From Leptospiraceae bacterium (GTDB lineage: Bacteria; Spirochaetota; Leptospiria; Leptospirales; Leptonemataceae): a DNA stretch of 64,000 bases. Within the stretch, counting starts at the first letter, position 1, and each line of letters starts with the position of its first letter. The DNA is taken from the NCBI GenBank assembly GCA_040217195.1, contig JAVJNR010000002.1, positions 320,001-384,000 of the forward strand. Direction: 5' to 3'. Positions 56,385 through 64,000 of the stretch are shown here, in pieces. Position numbers and translations under genes: made by a program. The notes below the pieces were generated by a model. The model did not search any database and had not been told where the DNA came from. It saw nothing but the letters and a program-made list of their open reading frames with translations.

Positions 56385-57023
56385 GTGGAAACCCTCTATA
56401 AATACTGTCGATTGCTCGGTGTCCGACCCGGTGACTCTGCCGAGGCAGTGAAGAGGGCCTTCCGTGAAAAGATTAAAGGCTGTCATCCCGATCGCAAGGG
56501 AAATGAAGATCAAGCAAGACTGCTCATCGAAGCGTATGACGCTCTGAAAACCGGTGTTCCGGTGATGGAAACCACTCCTACAGGAGCCAGGGTGTACCGA
56601 AAGCCTGCAACGGGCGGTCGTCCTGCAGCCTATGCTCGCTCCGGTCATACTCAATCGGATCAGAGGGGGTTTACACCGGGCTATCGTGTGGGCCAGGAGC
56701 TATTCCGAGCTGCCAGCGGAGGCGGAGAAGCTGCGGGCCTGGGCGCCGTTTTGAGAAGATCAGCCACTTCCTCCGAGGATGTGCCGGGAATGGAATTTTT
56801 TCGAAGGGCTGAAGGACAGTTGGAGCAAACCATCCGTCGTTTCGAAGGTCAGAAGCATCGAAGCAAACGATACTGGGCCCGGGACTATATCTCCGGAATT
56901 GTCAAAGTGCAGATACTCTACAGAGATGTTATTAGCAGATATCCAATGCTGGCAGCGCGAGCAAGGGAAAGAATGCATTCCCTTGAAAGACTTGTGCTAG
57001 AGCTGAGAACTCTGGCACGATAA
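56385..57023 (+). CDS. J-domain protein
   Basis: LLGV...VKRAFR...CHPDR...LIEAYDALK. GGAG SD and GTG start. Confidence 0.85.
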   Translation: METLYKYCRLLGVRPGDSAEAVKRAFREKIKGCHPDRKGNEDQARLLIEAYDALKTGVPVMETTPTGARVYRKPATGGRPAAYARSGHTQSDQRGFTPGYRVGQELFRAASGGGEAAGLGAVLRRSATSSEDVPGMEFFRRAEGQLEQTIRRFEGQKHRSKRYWARDYISGIVKVQILYRDVISRYPMLAARARERMHSLERLVLELRTLAR

Positions 57024-57198
57024 TCCTACTTACTGAATTGCCCTTCTTTCTATACCATTTTGAGCGAAAACTGACCAGGGGTCAGGCCCGGTTCCTGCCT
57101 GGCCTAATTCTCCGAAGACAGTCCCGGGCTCCGATCCATCCATTCCAGGAAACGGAAAAAGGGTTCACTTTTTGATCGCATAGGATATCCTTCGCCGA

Positions 57199-58041
57199 AT
57201 GAATTGGGACATACTGCAGGATGCGCTAGTAATTGCATTGAATGGAAGTGCCATGCTGGCTATGGGCCTGGCATTGCCCGTATCCCAGGTTTTCCAGAGC
57301 ATCAAAGAGTACCGTCGTTTGAGTGCCGGTCTAGTAGCCAATCTTGTGTTGGCCCCGGCTGCGGCTTTTCTTCTGGCCATGGGTTTCGAATTCTCTGCAG
57401 CCGCTGCTCTTGGTCTAATTCTTTGTGCCGCTGCTCCAGGAGGAAATACAGGCCCATTGCTGTCCTCCAATGCACAGGGTAACATCGCTTATTCGGTGAC
57501 TCTGGTCATCATCCTGAGTTTTGCCTCATTAATTACCATTCCTGTGTACCTGGAAGTCCTGGGGGCAGGGGACGGTCTGGAAATACCTGTTATTCGAATT
57601 CTGACTCTAATTGGTCTGTTTCATATTCTACCTCTGATTCTGGGAATGGTAGGTCATCACTGGAGCCCAGGAAAATCCCATAAGCTTTCCAGGGTCTTTC
57701 GATTAATCGCCAACGTTTGCCTGGTAGCATTGACCGTTTTGTTGTTATGGCTAAAGGGACAGATTCTGATTGAAAACGGCTGGAAGCCAGCACTGGCCAT
57801 GGCTCTCTTTGTGGGATTGCTCCTGGCATTTGGCTTCATGGCAGGAAAATCGGCGGAACATATTCGATCCCTGTCCATGACCACATCCACTCGAAACCTA
57901 TCGCTTTCCCTGCTTCTGGGGGCACAGGTCTTTTCCGAGCCGGCCACAATGATGGCCATTCTAACTTATGGACTTCTGTGGGTCACCATGACGGTGCCTC
58001 TTAGCTTCTGGCTGGGACGAAGGAATTCGAGAATCCAGTAG
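57199..58041 (+). CDS. Bile acid:sodium symporter (BASS) family transporter
   Basis: MLAMGL, ANLVLAP, AAAPGG, TSTRN. About 9 TM helices. Confidence 0.85.
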   Translation: MNWDILQDALVIALNGSAMLAMGLALPVSQVFQSIKEYRRLSAGLVANLVLAPAAAFLLAMGFEFSAAAALGLILCAAAPGGNTGPLLSSNAQGNIAYSVTLVIILSFASLITIPVYLEVLGAGDGLEIPVIRILTLIGLFHILPLILGMVGHHWSPGKSHKLSRVFRLIANVCLVALTVLLLWLKGQILIENGWKPALAMALFVGLLLAFGFMAGKSAEHIRSLSMTTSTRNLSLSLLLGAQVFSEPATMMAILTYGLLWVTMTVPLSFWLGRRNSRIQ

Positions 58042-58120
58042 ATACCGGGCCGATTCGCATACATTGAAGAGGTGCGGAAGAGACACGGAAGGCAGCCAGG
58101 GAAGAAACGGAAGGCTTCCA

Positions 58121-58573
58121 CTAATGCAAGATTTCGCTATCGCTCTTTTCTCGAACTGAACCTGCAATTGCAATGGCTGCAAAGAAAATTGTGATGTCTT
58201 TGATTAGATACTGACCTTCCGTTGTGGGCGCAAACGGAAATTCATGCCAGCAAACATCCGGAAGAACCAATAAGGCCAGAACTGAGCCGGGTAATCGAAT
58301 CAGTAGCATTAGAATGGCCGCCCTGGCAAGAGGTCGAATTAATAGGCAGAGCCCGATAGAAAGCTCAAGGGAACCAAGCAAGGGAATGATGTCTTCCGGA
58401 GAACCCCAGTAAATCGTATGTGCGATGATGGAAGTGGCTGTCTTTCTTCCGACTATTTTTAACGAACCAAACCAGACGAACAATAGGCCCAGGGATACAC
58501 GATGAGTGTAATGTCCGTACCTTTTGAACAATCGAGCAATGCGATGGTCTATGTGATCAATGTGCTGCTTCAT
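58121..58573 (-). CDS. DoxX/DUF417-like membrane protein
   Basis: RVSLGLLFVWFGSLK, ELSIG, PTTEGQYLIKD. Confidence 0.8.
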   Translation of the reverse strand: MKQHIDHIDHRIARLFKRYGHYTHRVSLGLLFVWFGSLKIVGRKTATSIIAHTIYWGSPEDIIPLLGSLELSIGLCLLIRPLARAAILMLLIRLPGSVLALLVLPDVCWHEFPFAPTTEGQYLIKDITIFFAAIAIAGSVREKSDSEILH

Positions 58574-58635
58574 GAAAAAAAACTATGCAGTACTAATGAA
58601 ATAGTTCAGAGTATTGCACCCAGGAAATAGTGGGA

Positions 58636-60993
58636 TCATGAGTTTCCGTTAGTGCCCTGAATTATATTTCTGAAGTCGAACCGGTAGGTGTCGCTTTCAA
58701 TAGGAAGCTCAAACGAAATCATATCTGCAGAGCGATCCTCTCTGGATGCATCCATGGTGCTTCCCTGTACTGCGTTGTTACCCAGCATATGTCGAAATAC
58801 ACCTGGTAATCGCAGCGAAAATTTCCTGAAGGGCGGAATGTAATCCCCGGCCTCAACCTCTATCTGTATTGTTAACTGACCTGTGCGATTCTGGGTTCCA
58901 TTAACCTGGATTCGCATGGGTTGCTGGCCTTCTGTAATTCCGTCGTCTAGAATGACAGTGCCCTGCATTGTTTCTGCCGGGTAAATTTCAATATGCAAAC
59001 CGGCGCGAACACTATCCTCCGCATTTCTACGAGCCGGGCATGTAGGAAGCACAGCTCCTGCCCGTATGAAAAGAGGGAAATAACCAGGTCTGGTGTCTAA
59101 AAAGTGAGACTGACCACCCAGAAATCTTCGGCCAGTTTCGAAATCGAACCATTCTCCCGGCGGAAGAATGGCCTTTCTTTTTTTTAAGCCGGGCTCGAGC
59201 ACGGGGCAGGCCAGCAAATGCGGACCAAGCATGAACTGTGAATCCAGTTCCGCATCAACCATCTCCGGAAATTCGTACCAGACCGGTCGCACAAGAGGCT
59301 GGCCCGAGTCATGAGCCAGGTTGATCAGACCCGATATGTAATGCATCAGTCTGTATCTACGATTCATATGCTTTCGAGAAATCTCCAGCACTTCATCTCC
59401 AAAGCTCCAGGGCTCTTGCGAATGACTGTAGAGTACAGTGTGCACCCTGAAGAAAGGCATCAGGGACCCAAGCTCCATCCAGCGCGCAAATAGTTCTTTG
59501 TTCTTGAACGGTTTAAAAGCCCCCAGGTTTCCGGGGCCACGACAGAATCCTCCAACATCGGCACCGCTGATGGGTACTCCTGTGAGTCCCAGGTTTACAA
59601 CCATGTGCAGGTTGGACCGAAGGTGTTCCCAGGTGCTGTGGTTATCGCCTGTCCAGAGTGCAGCATATTTCTGTATTCCGCAATGGGCCGATCTGGTAAG
59701 CACAAAGGATCGCATTCCCTTCTTCCATCTCTGAAATCCATCACGTGTGGCTTTGGCTTCGTAGTTGCCGTAAAGGTTGCGAAACTTCGCATGCGAACCG
59801 CTTTGATGACGGATGGGTTGATCCAGCGGTTCATCGGTTTTACCTATTTGAAGTACAGGCTCATTCATATCATTCCATATACCAGAAACGCCTGCATCGA
59901 ACAAAGTCTTGTGGTGACTGGCCCACCAGATCCTGGTCTTTTCTTCCATGAAATCTGGAAATACCGTTGCTCCCGGCCAGACCTTACCGCGGTAGTTATC
60001 GTCCGAATCATAGTGTTTACAGTACAGATCTTGCTTGAGACCATCCTGGTATACGGAGTAATCATCTCCTATAAACACACCAGGATCTACAATTGCAACG
60101 GTGCGAATTCCTATCTCTGCAAGCTCCTGGTGTAGCGCGGGAGGGTCCGGAAATCTTTCATTGCTCCAGGTGAACACTCGATAACGATCCATATAGTGTA
60201 TGTCCAGGTGGATGGCATCGCAGGGGAGGTCCTTTTTTCTAAACTCAGTCGCTATTTCGCGAACTCTCTGGGCTGTCTTATAGGACCATCTGGACTGGTG
60301 AAATCCCATGGCCCAGATAGGTGGATGGAACGGCCTACCTGTAAGCGCCGTATATGAGTCCAGGATTTCTTGAATACTTCCGTAGAAACAGAACAGGTCC
60401 AGAGGCTGGGGCCCTTCCGGTCTGTAGTGCTGAATCAGTATGGATGCTCCCTCTTCGCTTCCACTATCATTCGTAGTCGTGACACTCAACGGATAAGATG
60501 TGTGTAAATAGATGGCCCGGAATCGTTTTCCTTTACGAATCAAAAAGAATGGAAATGTGGAATAGGTCTGTCCTTCCAGGGAATAGAATTGTGAGTCTAT
60601 ACTGCGCAGCAGGAATTGCTGATTGATTCGATCCGGGCTGGCAGCCGCTGCACCCATACCGTACAGCTTTTCATCTTTATCCAGCTGGATCTTGATGCGA
60701 CCCAGGGGAAATTCCCCGGTGCTTACCTGCCCTGCCAGAAGATCGTCTTCACCGGAATCCAGCCGGAATATGCCGGTGGGAGGATCATAGACAAAGCGTA
60801 AATCCTTCTTTCTGGCAACGGCTTTACCTTCTGCATCGCGATGCACCTGTACCGACTGATAACTGTCCAGATATAGCTCCGGATCCACGGGAAAATCGAG
60901 TACCGGCTCGGGAAAAATACAGAATCGAAAGGCTGTATTCCCGGATAACTGGGTCATTACGCTGTGACTATTTCGAATCTGAGTTTCGGACAT
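58636..60993 (-). CDS. Glycoside hydrolase family 31 (alpha-glucosidase-like)
   Basis: HQSRWSY, LDIHYM, WNDMNEP (nucleophile), WTGDN (acid/base), GADVGGF, EPW. Start adjusted to 60993. Confidence 0.92.
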   Translation of the reverse strand: MSETQIRNSHSVMTQLSGNTAFRFCIFPEPVLDFPVDPELYLDSYQSVQVHRDAEGKAVARKKDLRFVYDPPTGIFRLDSGEDDLLAGQVSTGEFPLGRIKIQLDKDEKLYGMGAAAASPDRINQQFLLRSIDSQFYSLEGQTYSTFPFFLIRKGKRFRAIYLHTSYPLSVTTTNDSGSEEGASILIQHYRPEGPQPLDLFCFYGSIQEILDSYTALTGRPFHPPIWAMGFHQSRWSYKTAQRVREIATEFRKKDLPCDAIHLDIHYMDRYRVFTWSNERFPDPPALHQELAEIGIRTVAIVDPGVFIGDDYSVYQDGLKQDLYCKHYDSDDNYRGKVWPGATVFPDFMEEKTRIWWASHHKTLFDAGVSGIWNDMNEPVLQIGKTDEPLDQPIRHQSGSHAKFRNLYGNYEAKATRDGFQRWKKGMRSFVLTRSAHCGIQKYAALWTGDNHSTWEHLRSNLHMVVNLGLTGVPISGADVGGFCRGPGNLGAFKPFKNKELFARWMELGSLMPFFRVHTVLYSHSQEPWSFGDEVLEISRKHMNRRYRLMHYISGLINLAHDSGQPLVRPVWYEFPEMVDAELDSQFMLGPHLLACPVLEPGLKKRKAILPPGEWFDFETGRRFLGGQSHFLDTRPGYFPLFIRAGAVLPTCPARRNAEDSVRAGLHIEIYPAETMQGTVILDDGITEGQQPMRIQVNGTQNRTGQLTIQIEVEAGDYIPPFRKFSLRLPGVFRHMLGNNAVQGSTMDASREDRSADMISFELPIESDTYRFDFRNIIQGTNGNS

Positions 60994-61074
60994 AGGTGTA
61001 TTGTTGGAAAAAAACTTTTCCTTTGGCCTGTCTGTCGTAGGTTCGACCGACGTACTGATTATCGGATCGGAAAT

Positions 61075-62106
61075 ATGGAAAAAGAAAGACCTCTGTACCG
61101 CAATTGGAAGCTCTATGTATCTCTGTTCGGACTGCTCATTCTGGGCTATTCTCTTCTGCCCGGCCAGAGCTACGAATATCACAGTGACCTGACGGAGTCA
61201 CAGAAAGCGAGCTTTGATGCTTATCTTCAGCATCGGCTGGAAGTGGGAGCTGAAAAAGGAGCTCGTCCCGGAAATGAAGAAAGACTCATTCGCTATGGAG
61301 ACAAGACTCCAATAGCATTTCTCTACATCCATGGATTTGGCGCATCTCGTGCTGAAGGGGAAATGGTCATGGATGAAATTGCTGCCAGATATAAGGCAAA
61401 TACCTTTTACCTCAGATTACCGGGTCATGGCACGGACATGGACGATCATGCATCGGTGAACCTTTCGGATTACCTGGACTATTCAGCCGATGCCCTGGAA
61501 ATGATGGATCAGCTGGGCGAAAAGGTTGTAATTGTGGGAACTAGCATGGGCGGACTAATTTCTACGTATCTGGCCGCCAATTTTCCGGACAAAGTGGATG
61601 CCCTGATTCTGGCTTCACCTTTCTATGAGTTTAAGAATAAAACAGGCAATGTTCTGGGCTATCCAGGCGGTCTAACGCTGGCAGAGCTGGTCAATGGAGG
61701 GGAAGTGCGGGATTCATCCAGAGATCCTAAAAACCCCAGATCCGTAGATGGTTACCAGGAGTTCTGGTACGGCAGGCAATATATGAGCTCGTTGATTCCT
61801 CTTTATGAACTAAAGGAATTCATTGCTCGGCCTGCCACTTTTGAGGCTGTGCAATGTCCTACGCTAATGCTATACTATTATAAGAACGAGCAGGAGCAGG
61901 ATCCAACGGCGGAAGTCAATGCCATGCTGGAAGGCTTTGCTCAGTTCGGCGGTCATCCCCTGAATCGGTCGGTGGCCATTGAAGACGGTGCCCATGTCCT
62001 GCTCAGCAAATACGTGCGAACCGACAAGGAAAGGGTTTCTGCAGAGATTATTCAATTCTTGAATGATTTTCAGAATTACCGGACCGGCCAGGAGAGCGAA
62101 GAGTAG
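61075..62106 (+). CDS. Alpha/beta hydrolase (esterase/lipase-like) with N-terminal anchor
   Basis: IHGF, LPGHG, GTSMGG nucleophile elbow, QDPT (Asp), AHVL (His). Confidence 0.88.
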   Translation: MEKERPLYRNWKLYVSLFGLLILGYSLLPGQSYEYHSDLTESQKASFDAYLQHRLEVGAEKGARPGNEERLIRYGDKTPIAFLYIHGFGASRAEGEMVMDEIAARYKANTFYLRLPGHGTDMDDHASVNLSDYLDYSADALEMMDQLGEKVVIVGTSMGGLISTYLAANFPDKVDALILASPFYEFKNKTGNVLGYPGGLTLAELVNGGEVRDSSRDPKNPRSVDGYQEFWYGRQYMSSLIPLYELKEFIARPATFEAVQCPTLMLYYYKNEQEQDPTAEVNAMLEGFAQFGGHPLNRSVAIEDGAHVLLSKYVRTDKERVSAEIIQFLNDFQNYRTGQESEE

Positions 62107-62118
62107 ACGGCTTTTGCC

Positions 62119-62460
62119 ATGCATGCATACATTTTGCTAATTACAGACGACGATGGTCTGCGATCCGTGGTGCGCGAAGTACTGGAAGAGGATGGTCATG
62201 CCTTCCAGATTGTTGATTCTTCAGCGCCCATCGGTCCGGATCATTGCCTTGTGATTGCAGGCCCGGACATTGATGGCTGTGTTATGGAGGAAAAACTGGG
62301 TGCAGTGCCTGGAATTCCTCCACGTATGCTGTATCTTCGCTACCAGAACGAACCATTCAAAGGCCGTTGCGCCAAATGCCAGACCCTTACTCTTCCCATG
62401 GATATGCTCCGTATTCGTGACTTCATCAAAGATATGATGAAAGTGGAATTTGCAGATTAG
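62119..62460 (+). CDS. Degenerate stand-alone receiver (REC)-like domain
   Basis: ILLITDDDGLRSVVREVLEEDGH receiver start. The phospho-Asp and conserved Lys positions appear substituted. Confidence 0.6.
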   Translation: MHAYILLITDDDGLRSVVREVLEEDGHAFQIVDSSAPIGPDHCLVIAGPDIDGCVMEEKLGAVPGIPPRMLYLRYQNEPFKGRCAKCQTLTLPMDMLRIRDFIKDMMKVEFAD

Positions 62461-62710
62461 GACCCTGGATAGACCGCTTTCCTGTCTGAGACACCATACA
62501 TTCTATTACTGAACCACCCGATTCTATTGCCTGCGGATTAAGACTTACCACCGGGTTCAATGCAGGTCCTGGATTGCCTGCTCCCTGCAAATTTCTGACA
62601 TTGAAGACTACTGTATCTCTTGACTCGGTGGCTTCATGGATCATCTTCCGACCACTTATAGCTTCGGGTTGCAATGCTTATTGCTCTATTTGCCCGCAAA
62701 GAGATGCGCC

Positions 62711-63178
62711 ATGGATCATGAAAGAATGCTACAGGTTGCCATTGACGAGGCCCGCCAGGGGCTATCCGAAGGCGGGATTCCAGTGGGGGCCGCAGTTTTT
62801 GATTCTAAAGGCAACCTTCTTGGCAGTGGGCATAACCGTCGGGTTCAGAACGATGATCCATCAGTGCATGGAGAAACCGATGCATTCAGAAATGCAGGCC
62901 GACAAAAGGATTACAGAGATAAAGTGATGGTGACCACTCTGGCTCCTTGCTGGTATTGTAGCGGTTTAATCCGTCAATTCAACATAGGTACCGTAGTCGT
63001 CGGAGAGTCTCAGAACTTTTCGGGCGGTATTGAGTGGCTTCGAGACAACGGAGTAATAGTGGTTGATATGGATTCCTCTGAGTGCAAAGAAATGATGGCT
63101 GATTTCATTAAACGAAAACCGGATCTATGGAATGAAGACATTGGTGAAAAGCCCGTGAAACATAAACCAGGCGCCTGA
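62711..63178 (+). CDS. Zn-dependent cytosine/nucleoside deaminase (fungal FCY1-like type)
   Basis: EGGIPVGA, GHNRRVQ, HGETDA, TTLAPCWYC, WNEDIG. Confidence 0.9.
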   Translation: MDHERMLQVAIDEARQGLSEGGIPVGAAVFDSKGNLLGSGHNRRVQNDDPSVHGETDAFRNAGRQKDYRDKVMVTTLAPCWYCSGLIRQFNIGTVVVGESQNFSGGIEWLRDNGVIVVDMDSSECKEMMADFIKRKPDLWNEDIGEKPVKHKPGA

Positions 63179-64000
63179 TGATTAGATCCTTGATTCGCAA
63201 CTACTTCCAGCCTCGGTTACCTCGTGACCTGATAGATTTAGTACCGGGGCACAGGAGTCCATCCCGGTCCAGATTTCATAACGCCACCTTGCCTGGATTT
63301 GTATTTCTGGCCCTTCTTATACCTTTTTCCATCCAAAGTCAGCCAGTGCAGACTGACAGGCCCGGGGTGAATTCTGAGGGTGAAATCATCGATCATGTTC
63401 CAGAAGAAAATCCTGGCATCGCACCGGGGGCCGTACTGGAACCGGTTCGCCTACAGCTGAAGTGGAAGCATCAATTCCAATTTGCTGGCTATTATGCTGC
63501 AGTGGAGAAGGGCTTCTACCGCGAAGCCGGCCTGGATGTGGAAATTCTGGAGGCACAGGAAGGTCAGGAAACCATAGAGAGGGTTCTGGACGGACACGCT
63601 GAATTTGGAGTAGGTACAACAGATCTGGTATTGATGCATCAGAAAGGTGAACCAGTGGTAGTTCTAGCGGTTATTTTTCAGCATTCGCCCCTGGCTCTAC
63701 TGCTTAGAAAGGATTCAGGTATTCAAACCCTTCATGGGCTAGAGGGAAAGAAGGTAATGATTGAGCCTCATTCGGCCGAGCTCTTCGCCTATCTAAACCG
63801 GGAAGGTGTATCTCTGCATAAATTGATTCAGCCTCCCCATACCTTTAATACGGAAGCTCTGGTGCAGGGAAAGGCCGATGCAATGTCCGTTTATATTACA
63901 GATGAGCCCTTTGCCCTGCGAAGCAGAAATGTGCCCTATCTTCTTTTCTCTCCGCGAGCGGCGGGAATCGATTTCTACGGCGATAACCTTTTTACAACTC
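63178..64000 (+). CDS. Partial CDS with NMT1/THI5-like periplasmic substrate-binding domain (possibly the N-terminus of a sensor kinase or cyclase); runs off the window
   Basis: Frame is open from ATG 63178 (TGATG overlap with the deaminase stop) to the window end. VRLQLKWKHQFQFAGYYAAVEKGFYREAGLDV, VIFQHSP, GIDFYGDNLFTT. Confidence 0.85.
   Translation, partial: MIRSLIRNYFQPRLPRDLIDLVPGHRSPSRSRFHNATLPGFVFLALLIPFSIQSQPVQTDRPGVNSEGEIIDHVPEENPGIAPGAVLEPVRLQLKWKHQFQFAGYYAAVEKGFYREAGLDVEILEAQEGQETIERVLDGHAEFGVGTTDLVLMHQKGEPVVVLAVIFQHSPLALLLRKDSGIQTLHGLEGKKVMIEPHSAELFAYLNREGVSLHKLIQPPHTFNTEALVQGKADAMSVYITDEPFALRSRNVPYLLFSPRAAGIDFYGDNLFTT

Noticed and set aside
62461..62710. Riboswitch upstream of the cytosine deaminase
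   Set aside because: No recognisable purine, guanidine or ZTP aptamer consensus and no convincing terminator.

Overview
Gene-dense bacterial chromosomal window. Markers point to a Leptospirales/Leptospiraceae-like spirochaete: a Leptospira-type citramalate synthase, a leptospiral-type LpxA and an LA_0442/LA_0875-like secreted protein. This taxonomy is inferred from recalled family motifs, not from a database search. About 55 CDS are supportable. Housekeeping and metabolic genes include cimA, lon, ispH, lpdA, argD, lpxA, a phosphohexomutase, a GH31 glucosidase, a SWIM-SNF2 helicase and HU. There are several transporters and two ECF sigma modules (ECF42 and ECF41), each with its textbook target promoter visible. 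I see no rRNA, tRNA, CRISPR array, transposase, integrase or phage genes. Most interesting signals: (1) a membrane-anchored LuxR with a His-rich loop, divergent from a TolC+CzcA pair that lacks a membrane-fusion gene, with two palindromes at the junction; (2) an uncalled 40-aa basic smORF behind a two-state RNA leader that can hide its SD; (3) an ABC-F ATPase with a uORF and attenuator-like leader; (4) a glycerol-3-phosphate dehydrogenase/acyltransferase fusion; (5) an orphan GHKL-like protein coupled to a cation antiporter; (6) a decaying 60-bp tandem triplication of a gene end. Start codons were adjusted by eye where the ORF track looked over-extended.
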